Source: Perna viridis
Taxonomy: Eukaryota
NCBI GenBank assembly: GCA_037379345.1
Contig: CM074519.1
Coordinates: forward strand, 38,342,103 to 38,406,102
Reading direction: 5' to 3'
Length of the DNA stretch: 64,000 bases
Made by a program: the position numbers and the translations under genes. The notes under the pieces were generated by a model. It did not search any database. It was not told the DNA's origin and saw only the letters and a program-made list of their open reading frames with translations. Shown here piece by piece: positions 39,203 through 52,610 of this stretch. The stretch's first letter is position 1; each line of letters opens with the position of its first letter.

Positions 39203-39844
39203 GCACCGATCTCTACTTGCTGACCTATTCCTTCACTCTTATGAGGCTGACTTTATAGCTGATCTGATCCAAAAGAAGGAACACAGTTTAACTAAATCCT
39301 TTAATCTCAGTTTCCGCTATATATATGACGTATTATCATTAAATGATCCTACTTTCGGGGATTTGATACATCACATTTACCCAAAAAATTGAGATGAAAT
39401 ACTACCAACACTGTGAAGTTAGCCTCATATCTTGACTTACACATAGAGATTGATGGTGATGAAAAACTATTGACCAAACTTTTCATTCCGTATCGTCAAC
39501 TTTCTTTTCATCTGTGGCGATATCCCTTAAGCACCTGCGTATGGAATTTTCATATCAAAAACTCATACGTTATGCCAGAGCTTGCGGTAACTACGCAGAC
39601 TTTTTGTATCTGCTAGACTTCTTACAATTAGATATCTGGAACAGGGTTATGTTGCTATAAGACTGAATTCACCACTACAGTTTTATGGTCGTCATCAGGA
39701 TTGTTACTGTGTATCCATCTGCATTATAAAAATATGTATGTATTTGCATGTATTATTATGGTTTGTGTGTCCATGTTTTCCATGTCTGGTCTTTGTCCCT
39801 GGAATACATTCTTTTGATATCCGCTAGAATTTTGATTCCCTTGA
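39203..39844 (+). mobile_element. Penelope-like retroelement remnant (RT catalytic region, thumb and 3' tail)
   Basis: LLADLFLHSYEADFIADLIQKKEHSLTKSFNLSFRYIYDVLSLN, with catalytic YIDD mutated to YIYD at 39318-39329. Continues ASYLDLHIEI, LIRYARAC.NYADF and FYGRH, then the same tail as the other copies. Frameshifted. Confidence 0.88.
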
Positions 39845-40560
39845 AATATCTGTAGAATTAGTTTTTTTTTAAAGATGATGATAACATTTTTTACCATTGG
39901 AGATTAAAAATTTCCAGTTGGTGTTAGTTGGAATAAAGATGGAAATTACATAATGTGTGAATCATGTTTAACGTCAAGTTTCTGTTACAAAATTACACAA
40001 CAAATGACAAAGCTCCTAACTGTGATTGTCGCCGCAATATGATTTTAAATTAGCGGTTTTGTCGGGTCTGTGGGTCACAGAACTTTCGTATTCAGATGGA
40101 AAGGTGCAACAATTTCCTGTGTTCATCAATTGTGATGACATGCTTAGTAGTTGCATGAATCCGTCCATCTTCAATGTCTGAAGCACGTGTAGATGTATTC
40201 ATTCTCTGTGTAATCTGTAACTCAATAAGTACTCAAACTGCACTGTATTTAGATTCATATTGAAGATGTGCATCTCATAGTTCAAAATACATAAATAGAT
40301 AAATCGTTTATTGTATACTAATGGTATAGCTATTATGAACAAATTTGACACATTTTGGACAAAGGTTGACCCTTTGATGTTGTGACAGTAGATTCTAAAT
40401 ATTTCCTACATTTATGCTGGAAGATATGTAGTAATTTTTCAATACTTTTGTCATCCTCCATGGTTCGCAAGAGTGAATACTACGTTGGGAGTAAGGCGCT
40501 TCCACTTGGTCTTTCTGTAAATTCAGATTTTGTTCAATATCTTACGTAATTTGTTCAGAG

Positions 40561-41090
40561 TAAGTGTCTGTAAGAATCTGGCAAAATGGAAAAAATCAGA
40601 AACATGCATGTGAACAACCCACCGATCAGAAACATGCATGTGAAAAACCCACCGATCAGAAACATGCATGTCAATAACCCACGGATCAGAAACATGCTTG
40701 TGAACAACCCACCGATCAGAAACATGTATGTAAACAACCCACCGACCAGAAACATGCATGTCAACAACCCACCGATCTGATAATAAAATATCACTCAAAT
40801 ATACTTTCTGTATTTAAAAAGACCATTATTTGATGTCTGCATCACCGGCTTTGCTCAGAATTTTTTCAGTAGAATCTTAGAAAAATGAGATTTTTGACAG
40901 ATTTATCTGCCCTTGAAATGTTCATTTTCAGTGCATTTCAATGAAATTGTAACTCAATGATCCGGCATGATATGGAAAATCTTGTCTGTTTTCACTTATT
41001 CTGATGGTGCAAATGGTTAAATTACACTATCAAAATGATGGTTTTTATACCATGTTTCATCTACTGCCTGATTCTTATGGGGACACTTAA
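40561..41090. mobile_element. MITE family B, copy 2 (with an internal 30-bp tandem array)
   Basis: TIRs TAAGTGTCTGTAAGAATCTGGCA ... TGCCTGATTCTTATGGGGACACTTAA. Contains the minisatellite at 40595-40774. Confidence 0.8.
40595..40774. repeat. 30-bp minisatellite, 6 units
   Basis: Unit ATCAGAAACATGCATGTGAACAACCCACCG repeated head-to-tail at an exact 30-nt period. Confidence 0.95.
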
Positions 41091-41114
41091 AAGTTCTTAT
41101 TTGTCCAAGACTAT

Positions 41115-41578
41115 AGGTATCAGTTTTGTTTAACATATTCCTGAGCGGGTGTACGTCAAAACATGGAGGCTAAAAATATAGTGCGCTTCTTTTTTGCCTT
41201 TTCCTGTTTTTGTTTCTTTGCAAATGACTATCATTTTTCATCACAAGTACAGGGTGAATATCAATCTATGACACAAAAAAATTGTTTTTGAGAAAAGACA
41301 GTATTTTCATGAAAAATAATGCTTCAGAAAAGGGGTCTGTTTTATGAACTAAAAATAAAAATGAAAGTAGAAAAAGTCTATTTTTAGTTTGACCTGTCCT
41401 GGTGTACCAAAGTTAGCCTTTTTTTCTAAAATGAAACTAAACATTATTTTTGACATTTCCTTAATTGAAAAACATGGTCAAGAGTTAGATTGAAACTTCT
41501 TGTCTTTTTTTTTTAAATCATGAAAATTTAAGGTAAACTATAGAAGCCTATGGGGAAAAGAATACAAGACTGAGACCT
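41115..41578. mobile_element. MITE family A, copy 2 (inverted relative to copy 1)
   Basis: TIRs AGGTATCAGTTTTGT ... ACAAGACTGAGACCT. Shared internal blocks such as GAGCGGGTGTACGTCAAAACATGGAGGCTAAAAA match the reverse complement of 30710-30741. Confidence 0.85.
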
Positions 41579-44500
41579 ATACTACGAGTATTTCAGTTGC
41601 ACCTAATGAGTTGCTTAATGGTGCGCTAAAATCGACGAAATTCTTGCGTCTTCCTTCTCTATTTCCAATACGTGTTGTGTGTTGTGGTTTGGTCATAATC
41701 ATATTATCCTTCATGTTTCTATTGTAAACAGAGTTGCTGCTATATTTGCCATCTCATTGATCAATTCTTTTCGACATATATTTCTTTCGTCAACAAATAT
41801 AAACTCTTTTCACTGATCCATTTGGAATCTATTTTTTATCGCCTAGAACGTACTCTATAGTTTCATAGTGCACAGTTTTGATCTTTTTCTTTATCCTGTT
41901 CATTTTGCTAGTCACACATGTATGTATTAAATCTTTTCTTTAATTTAATATAAAACTATTGTTTTATTTCATTTCTACAACTTTTGTCTGAATGTTCACG
42001 TTGACGGATTTTTTCCCCGCTGTATGTAGATTCAAGTTTGTTGTTTGTTTGTTTTTTGTTTGTTTTTTTTTGTATTAACAGAATGTGGTCAGAGCCACCA
42101 ACAGTCACTCTGACATCTACGAATGTAGACAAACGCGTAAACATTGATGACGTAATAGGAACAAAACAATGTAAATCGGTCTGTGTTTTCACTCCTATCA
42201 GCCGTGTAAATCCGTGTAATACCATCTTTACCTTCTATTTTGTTTTTAATTTTTGCTATAAGATCTCTTTGAGAAGAATTTGGGATTGTTATCAGGGACC
42301 CGTTGTAGCATTTCACAGAAAATAATTTCAGTTGTTTTTTTTTTTTTTTTTTTTGGGGGGGGGGGCATAATTGCTATGGATTACATTGACTTTGTTAAAT
42401 ATGACCATTGCATGCCACCTCATTGATGTGATCGTCTACTTGTCTCCCGGGTGATATTATTGTCTCTCATGTTAGTTTTTGACCTTTCCTGACCCTGTCA
42501 ACCTGCATTCATTAATAGGTGGAATCCTTCCATTTATGCTGTGAAGTGTACTGCTTTTCCTGCTGCAAACATTTATATGTAGTTTTACGTTTTGTGTACT
42601 TATTTTTTAAGTCTTCTTTTTGGGAATTTACTGAATTCCTCATCTGTCTGAATACTTCCTCTAGGAATATAGTCCTTGATTTTGATTGTATCTCTTTCAG
42701 TTATAAACTTCTCTTATGAAGAATGCTCGGTATTTCCCTTGTTTCTTTGTTTTGACTTGTGTATTATGTTAGTTGACAAACCGTAACTCGTTTTATTTTT
42801 ATATAGTGTACGATGATCAGTCTTGTGATCGCGAATAATGAAAGTTTTACTCCTTTAGCTTATTCCATTTCTGTTGTGATGGAGTTATTTGCCCGACCAC
42901 AAGGCAGTTTAATAATTATTTAAACATTGCAGTGTGTTTGAATACATACTGAAGATGCTGATCTCTAATTATCAACAAATTGGAAAAAAATCAATGCATT
43001 TTTATCATGATGAACTTAGACATGTGTGTCACTATATTATGTAGACGATACATACTTTGTGTAATCTGTAACCCATTTCCACTGCTGATGGACCAAAGGT
43101 CCACTAGGGTATATACCTAACCATTGGTAAAACCTGTCTGATCCCGAATTATATCAGGGTTTTTTTTATCATATTCATCAAAATTTGCAGTATTGCAAAT
43201 TTCAGAATATCTAAAACAGAAGCTTCACTCCTTGTACTGAACATGGTAGAATATATCCTTCCTATTTTTTTTTATTTAGATCTTCCTATTTATTTGATTA
43301 TAATGCAGCTGATGAGGGTTTACTCCTTGGCGTGTACAGCATATCGAAATTTGCAATATATATGAATGGTATTTTTTGTATTTGATAATGAAATTTATTA
43401 TCCAAAGTCTGCACAGTGTTATTTCTTGTTTGATGCACATATGAATTTTACTGACAAATTGAGCCAATTTTTAGTAGAATATGCTTCTATTGATATATAC
43501 TTTTATATAATTTGTAACTACCACTATTGATTTCAAACTATGCATATAGTGCTTAGGCATATATTAAAGATATGTGCTGACAAACATAAGATGTTGACGC
43601 AGTTTCAGTCATGACTTCAGTCTCATTTATATTTATTGCTATTTTTTGCTTAGTTGCTTCATTTTGTATGAAAACAAATAAGACATAAAATTGTTACCAT
43701 TAACAGCACGTGTTTATAATCGAATAGTTTTGACTTTTTCATACTTTTGTCCAGCATCATTTGCATACAGTGACATTTGAACATAAAAATTGGTTTCCAT
43801 TTTTTTTTATTGTCGTAAATATATGTCACTGTTGAATCGTTTATAAACATCATTCGCAATACGTGCAAATGATTATTTAAAAATATTCTGATAATGAAAG
43901 AAGTCGGAAGCAAGTCGACAGTATTTATACCATGTACTCGGCAACAAGTTGAAATCTAATGGCTACTGTGCAGACAGTTAGCTTGTCATAAACATCTTTG
44001 TATGTCAATGTCAGTTTAGTTTTTTTTATCTTTTAAACGGTTTTGAGTATTAAATCTTGATGTAAATTTCTTTATAAATATTATTGTACTTCTCCTTATA
44101 AGAGCCATGCAGGCGATAACGAAATATGTCAATGGATACGCAAGTTAATTACTGCTCTTTATAAGTACCGTCATCTTACTTAAATTACAGCGTTCTGAAT
44201 TTCTGATAAATATGTTTGGCATTTGATTTCTTTTTTCCTTCTTTATTTTATACATTCAGTGCGAAACACTTTCCTCTTCAAATGTAAAAATGCGATAAAT
44301 AAACGAAGTACGCTGTGTAGTGCTCATTGACAAAAACCTAGTTTAAAATCAATAATACTTTTAAATAAAACAAAAAATTCATCGATACGGACAATGATGA
44401 GCATTAATCATTTTTGATCGTTCGGCATGACTTCTATCTCTGCATGATCATTACGTCCAGCTGTACAAAAATGATAAAATTAGTAGACAAAAAAAAAAAA

Positions 44501-47500
44501 AAAAAAAAAACTACGGAAATATGATTGGCTGATAGTATATTTTGTGAACCTAGCTGACGCCCCCTATCACCTGAAGTTTGACAAACGGATGACTTGCACA
44601 ACTTATCTCAATTAATGTACAATATTTCATTCATTTAAATATCGTAAAAACATGTGAAGCAAAAGTAAACGTTGTAAAACTCGGGGTTATCTAGGGACAA
44701 ACCTTGTTTCTTTATTGGTTGTAATGAAAAGGTTAGAAAAAACATGGGCGGCGAGTTTAACTTTGGCATGTGACAAAATTACCCAACGGTATTCTGACTT
44801 CTCTGTGATTACAAGTTACGGTGTATGTAATATGATCTACTGAAAAGTCTCTGAAGTTTTGTTTTAATTGTTGGGTATAGAATGGATTGGTCTTCCGATT
44901 GGTCCCGGGGTGCGGATTGGTCCCAATCCTGGCAGAATCTTGCTCCTTGGTACAGGTAAGACACGTCTGTGTGATAAACTGTAGAAATATTTAATTCCTT
45001 AGAATCAGTTTTGTAGTTTTTGATGAAAAAAAAATCCTTGAAAAGTGATTTGAATAAATAAATGTTTGAAATAGTTGACTTGAATTATAAATTTGAGTAA
45101 TTTGTGGTGTTGGGTATTATCATTAAAACATGGATACAAAGACGTGATCCAAATATCTATGTGTATTATCGACTATAAACATAATTTAATAGCTAAGAGA
45201 GGGACATACACCTGACATTATAAAACAGAGGTGTGTGAACGTTTTCTGACTCCGATAAATATTTAACGGAAAACAAGCATGCGCTGCAGATATGCTTTGA
45301 CTAATAACTATTAGCTCTATAAGTCATTTTATTGATTTAATTACATCAAGTTTCTGTGTATACAGATTTTTTTTTAAATTCCTCCATGCTTAATGTATTT
45401 TGTGTAACTTTGCAAATTTTGGTTATGTCTTGTTTTTTTTTAGGTTTTTCCTATAAATGTTGCAGCATACAAAATACATCTGTAAGGTGTAGCATATACT
45501 ATAACTTTATTGTACATGTGACCGTTTTTCTTACTCATAAATATTCCATGCTAAGGGAAACGTGTTTATGCTAAATTTATGTTTAAATTTATAACAAATA
45601 TAGCCGGGTTTAAAATAATTCCATTTACATTCAATTCACTACAGTTCCTGTGAATGGTTCTTAAAAAAAAATCTTGTCCCACGTGCTTATTGTATTTTTT
45701 GGAAAATAAATCCATGTTATAAGTTCCCCAACCATCCACATTTTCACAAGTCGCAAAAACACAGTTGTTGGAAAATTTTCACGAAATGTTCATTAAAAAC
45801 AATCTGTATCATTAACATTCGTTCCTGTTTCTTTTTTTTTTTAAATAAATTCACCTGGGTAATATTTCTGTGTTTTAAAACTATGTCATTTTCTTCCAGT
45901 TTCAAGAATGTTAGAAAACACACTCTAAAATCTTTCAGAAAAAATATTAAATCTGGAAAAGTAAAAATTTGTGTTGCTAGGAAATGACATTTTTTAAAAC
46001 TTAATATAATGAAAATTTCGTTTGGTTCTGTTTTTTTTTTTTTTTTTTTTATTTTCCAGCATGTTCAAGAAATACTTTTGATCAAAGAACTAGATTTCTT
46101 CTATTAACACCAACAAAACACACACAATTCTTTTTTCTGTGTTATTTGAAAATTTAAAATAAAGAAAACTCGCGCATAAGTATATATGCTGGCTTATCGG
46201 TTGATTTGTGATTTTTTTATATATTTGAAAGTTAAACTTTCATCCTTGTGGTTAATTTTGTCTGTATATATGTACTTTTTTTCGTATGGTTACAGAGAGA
46301 GAATCTTGGACGATTGTTTAATAATTTGTCTGCCTATATTTTTAAAGCCAATGTTGTGGTAAAGAAGGAATTTCAATATTTTACTTTTGAAATATCAAAA
46401 TTAAGGAGGGCGATGATTATTGGTGAAAGCCTTTTTCGCATAAAATTTTGAAGATTTGATTTTTTAGGGAAAGTGACGCCTGCAGTTTTGTTAAAATGAT
46501 TGATAAATTAAATGTATAGTTTGTTATAACCAAGGTAACCAATGTAAATAGTTTTCCTCTGGGTTTTCCTTGTTAAATCTGCTTTTGTATGCAGACGTTT
46601 TTTTTATAAATAAATGAATATAATAATTGAAATCATATCGTTTTTAATTGGACAACCTAATAAATCAGGAATTCTTCAAATATCTATAAAATCATCCATA
46701 CAATTATGAAAACTGATATTACTCACATACGTTGATTCAAAAATGTCGACTATTATAAGGTTTTTATACATATTTATACACAAAATTCTACAATATATTT
46801 TTGTTTGTTTCAATATATGATTCTTTCACGAACCTAATTTAATGACATTAGTTCAGTCGTGCTGCTTTCTAATGCCATGCAATGCTTATTGTTTTCTACT
46901 CCTGAGGTATGTGTTTACCCTTTGAAAGCCAAGTTTTAATTTGCAAAAATCTCGTCTATTACATACAGATTAAAAGTTTACCTTCTGAAATTTGAATATT
47001 TTGAATATTCACACAGATGATACTGATTATACGAATTCATCTTTTATTCTCTGGAATGAGATACTAACGACAGAAATATTTCAATTGAGTTGATGGTTAT
47101 ATAATAACACATCTCTGTTAGAATCTTCCTTATACGGTCTTATTTCAATTGTTGAATGGTATTCTGAAATCATTTACATATAGAATAAAACGTACAAATT
47201 TAATTTGTGTTTGAATATGACTGTGTTCATTATCCACTTTTATTTGAACGTTTTACGATAAAAATGTTGTTTATCAATGCTGTATTGTCGGAATGGCTTT
47301 GGATATTGCTATGTTTTGTAAGTTGTGTTTTTAATTTTTTTTGTTCTGCTTTGAGTAATGATGTGTTCCTTTCTGGTCATTACTCGCAGTTTCAGTCAGT
47401 TTTCCTTTACACGTGAATCTTCAGAATATTTTTCTCTCGATGAGTCTATATCTCGTGTACATTTATATCATTTTGGCCTCGCAGATGTATTAGAACTTAT

Positions 47501-50474
47501 TTACTTTAGAAATATTTTTCGGACTATTTTGTATAAAGCGGAATTAATTTCTCAGTCAAAATATATTGAAACATCAAAGAATACTTTCATAGATGTATAT
47601 TTGGGGTTATATACATGACAAACATTCTTACTACTAAAATATAGGTATATCCATGGAAGTATAATATGTCTTGATATTATACATCCATGGTATATTTGAT
47701 AGGTAGAGATTGGTCACCTAGACAAACCTAGCTCGGTTTCTTATTTTTTACTAGTGAAATAATATATTAAAACAACAAGTTTTTTGTGTGGAAAAGAGAA
47801 ATATTTTCTAATTGCGTAACAATGGAAAATGGACAAAAATACCAAACATATTTATCTTTTTTAGTTTTCTAGGTCAGCTAAACACGGTTATGGAAAAGGA
47901 AAAACGCTCTCGTGAATTTGCCTGTACAAATATTTTTTTTTAATTCTTCCACACTGAAGAATAGGTTTCATTTTAACACTTCATCTGTAAACGTTTTTTT
48001 GGTTCCTATCCGCTGCACTTAACACTTTGATGGTGGACATGATCTAATCCCCTGTATTGTCTAATACTGTATGGGTATTATCGCTTGTATGATACAAAGG
48101 TGTCAGTAAGAGGAATGATTTTTGGGGTTTTTTTTTTGTTGATAAGGAGATTCCTTGCTTCTGATGATTTTATTTTTGCAATGTGTATAAAGGTCAATAT
48201 AGGGTTTGCTTTTGAAGGTTCATTAATGGATTACTAAAAATAAAGGTAGTAAACAAAGAATTCAGGCGTTATTGATCGGGGTTCATTAAATTTATATATT
48301 TTCATTTACGTTCATATGACTAGGCCGTAAAATTCCTGAAAGATAGACAATTTAAAAAAAAATTAACAACTTTAGAACATTTGAGTCAGCATGCCGCGCG
48401 AAAAATAAACACTTTAATTTTGGTTTCAGGAAACGTATAATTACCCAATCAATCTGATACTCTATTCTGTTGTTATGAATTGTGGAACACGCCATTACTA
48501 AACTGATCTTCGCTAAATTTGTCAACTACGAAGACGTGGACCGAGAGACTTCACATACAATCTGGACGTTGAAGGTTTAAATAGTTTCACGTCGTGTCAG
48601 TTTGAGAACAGTTTTTATTTTAATTTGAAGATATCATGAAAAGATCTCGAATATCTTGACTCTTTAAATAATTACAATCTACAATGATTAGAGTCAAGAT
48701 ACTGCAGACAGTTAATTAATGTGCCCCGTTTTTCCTCCTGCGTTTCTCTGGTGAGGCCTGCGTAATGACCTAAAGTTTAGACAGTTTCATAATAGAAAAA
48801 TGCACGAGATGTCTGTGAATAATTCGTTAGTGTAAATCTTATTTGTACTAACGAGAAAAAAAAACGTGTATCAAAAGAATACCTTAGACTTCATGAAATT
48901 ACAAAAAAAATAGTCTTTTATGATACTAAGATAGTATACCCAGGGCCGCCCAGAGGTCGTCTTCACTTCCGGGTTTATTAGAACGGGATTTCCTGAGGTA
49001 TCGCGGTAATGTAAAATACTTAGGGGAAACTGTCTTCAGTGTTGTATGATCTCCGTTGTATTTCTAGATAGCTATTGGTTTTTGATTTTTAAACTCGGGC
49101 TTTTCAATTTAATCTCTTTCTGCAAAAATATCACACTGAATTTAATTCGGTTTATACACATAATATAAAAATTTTAAACCTTCAAAAGTTTTTGCTATTT
49201 ATTTTGATCATTCACCTGCAGAAAAAAACTATGGTTGGAACTGGTAGGATTTCTTTTTCAATATTCAAACTTTCATGTTTTCAATACATACCTAAGTGAG
49301 TGTTTCCATGTTTTAATTTAAACATTTCCCGTATATACAGTGATTGTTTCACATGGCAAGTTCTATATTATTGTTCTTCAGTCAAGTTACTCACTAACCT
49401 AACTTGTCACGGTTCCGCGAAAAAAACGCCACAACATATATTTATTTAAATTTAGTATTTAAAATACAAAACAGGGTTCCTACTATATTCATGGCGTTTC
49501 AGTGTGAATATTACGTTTGATGTTCGTACATAATGAAAAGCACTCACTGACACAACCTTAAAAAACATAACGCTATGGTCAAATAAAGAAATATGTTACA
49601 GTGAAACATGGCGAGATGAAGTATGCAGACGATCGTCGTATAAAATAACAACTAAAACTTTGCACTTTAACAGGGATACATGCTAATGACTTTTTAGCAT
49701 GCACTGGAAACAAAACTGAACTTCTTTGATTATCTAAATTTGCCACCCGCGATAAAGCACGGCCTCTCACAAAAATGAGGCGTAAATTGGTTTTGACACC
49801 TCCAGTCCTAAGAGATAAATATCTTTGTTACATTACTATGCTTGAGATCATTTGACACCAAATAAAATCACAAAATGTAGAATTACATTTTCAGAAGCTT
49901 CACCATTGGAGCACCGATTCAGTCAACTGGCTAGAAATAATTCGGAAGGTCTTTGGAGACTCATATCACGTGACAAAACCCTCTGTGTTGGAAACAAATA
50001 ATGCTGTTACTATCTTATCTTTAATTAAAAGTGCATCTCAGATGGCACATTACGAACCTATTCACACTTCGTCCTTTCATGAATTCTCCTCTGAACAATT
50101 TATAAACATTATCGGCAATAGAAATCTGTTATGTTTGAAAGTGACAAAAAAGTTTTAGCATTCAATTATCAAATATCTATATATCAGTAACGCTTTTCTT
50201 TGGCACTTTCATGGCCTTTCTATATTGATCAAGATATTTCTTTTTTTCCGCTTCGTTACCACCATTTTCTGGCTTAGTGTTGTGTCTAATGACGACCTCT
50301 TTACTCTTTAGAATAGGACAAATTCATTAGAATCGATCACACACGCAATTACCGTCAAGCTGGTTTGACTTCCATTGTAATGAAATTTGGCCACCTGTAC
50401 ATGTTATGTAGAAGTAAATCAGAATGCGCATGTCGTATTTTATTTTGAATTTCCGGTTTATTTGTTTTCCTTCT

Positions 50475-50476
<2 letters not shown>

Positions 50477-50517
<41 letters not shown>
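50477..50517. repeat. (AT)n microsatellite
   Basis: Direct reading of the sequence. Confidence 0.95.
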
Positions 50518-50520
<3 letters not shown>

Positions 50521-52308
50521 ATTTCTACCCCATGATATGTTCTTCATTAAACGTTTAAGTTATTCGCATTTAGATATAGTCAAACATTCAGATTTAGGCA
50601 TTTCATGTACTGTAGGTGAATGGTCTTTAGGGGTCGGTCAATGTTTAACGGGGTGTATAGACCGGTGCATTTCATATTTTCATTATTAAACCCCTGTTCT
50701 AAAATTACCAAAAAGTTCATGTTCAATGTCAGTTGTGCAATAAAAGGTGTGTGTTCTATTTGATATAAAAAAGGTGTAAAGCATTGATGCAATACAGAAC
50801 TACAATACAGTATTATTGTTTGTATAATATATAAGATAGGTTTGGAAATGGATTTTTTTCATTGGTACATTTGTAATGAATAAAGTTGCTATCTACCAGT
50901 GTTGAAAATGAAACAAAAATATATAGTCCTGTCAGAATGTAAGGGAAACAGGAGTGTGTCCTGTTACATTTTTCATCATCCGAAATGAATATTGACCAAT
51001 CCTTTAGTAAGTACCAACTTGCGAACCTGGGTGCTTCTTTGTGTATAAAACTCATTATCCTGGTTGCATTTTGATCATATGTACCATTTACATTTGAATA
51101 TCTGATTCAACCATCAAATAAATTCAAATCTTAATATCTTAAATAAGATGATAGTGCTTAAATTACACATTCCTTTTTACCCTCCTTGTAGGTCTTTCTC
51201 TCATGAGTGCCGCAGTGTCGTCAGACTGTTAATGAGTATAGTATTTTGCTATCAATAATCATGACAAAACACGTAATTGTTTACTTTTTGATTAAACAAA
51301 ATCATATATTTCAGTAACAATTAGATCTTATAGGAAATTGGATGTTAACCACGTGCTTTGGGAGACGACTCATTGATAAAATTGTATAATTTAACAGACA
51401 GAAATCTGCCGTCAGCTGTAGAAAATGCTTATGTCGATCTCTTAAAGTCAAATTCATTCTTAAACTGACCAAACTGAAAAGAAAAATAATGTAGATTGAT
51501 ATATTATTGAATAAGAAGGTTGTTTATTGTTTGTAAATTTTTTGGATAGTGTAAGGGACTTGAGGACCCAAATCAGAGGCTAACCCATTTGTAAGAGTGT
51601 TAATTCAACATAGACAGGTGGCGCCACTCCAGAGATTTTGAAATGAGGGTTTGTTGTTGGTTATTGTTGTCTTTACAAAACACACATCGTACAATATACT
51701 CTCCCAATAAAAGGGGTGCCAACCCAAAAATACCTTTCTACGTGACCCTATTTTGTATATATTATGATCCTTCAGTAACGACACATTATCCAAAGCACTG
51801 GGTATGGTTATGTCAGGCGTCGAATACGATTCCCCTCTATTCAGCATCCAGAGTTACCTCCCGTTTTGCAAGAGTTGTCTTTCGTTAGAGCAGATCAAGC
51901 AGGGCAAAACTAATTAACTCTTCAGCATAGTTTTGAAAATTTATGTCTAACTATAATCACCAGCTTTTTGAATTTTTAGCAAAACAACTAAAATCTGTAC
52001 AGTGTAAACGAGATCACTGGTGAAGATAACATGGGAGATGAAAGAGTGTGATCGGGAAAAAAAGATATCATGAAATTGCCCATAACGCAATGCCTACCAA
52101 AAAAAGCATAAAAGATGTAACACTTATTTTGCATTAAAGAAACAAAATATTTGATTTATGTATTGCTGCGTTGTAAAATCAGTACAGAAATTATCAGTAT
52201 TGTCCGCCATAGAAGATGACGAAACTGAGTCTTAATAAATTGGAACGCTATACTGTTGCTGATTGGATGGGGCAATGATTTAAATTACTAGGTCTGACAC
52301 CTCTCGAA

Positions 52309-52610
52309 GTTGAATCAAGTGTCAATTTGTTTGACTATTTTAATCTAGTGGCAAGTTTCGTGGAAGTGTCAAGTTATGTGTTTAGTCCGTCGAGTGTCAA
52401 ATTTCGTGGGTTAAGTCCAGTTCGTGTCAATGTTTATTGGTTGAGTCCACCAAGTATCATGGATAATGAGTCAATTCCAGCAAGTGTCAAGGTTTGTGGG
52501 TCGACTCCATCAAATTTCACAATTTGTGTCAAGTTTAGTTGGCAGAGTCAAGTATTTCGAATGCTAAAGTTATAGGATTCTGGGGCGAGTCCAGTAAATG
52601 CCAAGAATAT
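52309..52610. repeat. Highly degenerate ~30-bp tandem repeat
   Basis: Recurring GAGTCCANNAAGTGTCAAGTTT..GGTT motifs. Confidence 0.65.

Noticed and set aside
40523-40798. Repetitive ORFs (HMHVSDRWVV-, CMFLIGGL- and NMHVNNPPIR-type repeats)
   Set aside because: Artefacts of a stop-free 30-bp minisatellite inside a MITE.
43305-43355. Hammerhead-like CTGATGA...GAAA (similar cases near 10630-10676, 37135-37195 and 60226-60275)
   Set aside because: Stem I, II or III cannot be paired in register with the core in any of them.
51550-51790. Possible solo LTR (TGTAAG start, internal AATAAA)
   Set aside because: No clear CA end, TSD, PBS/PPT or second copy.
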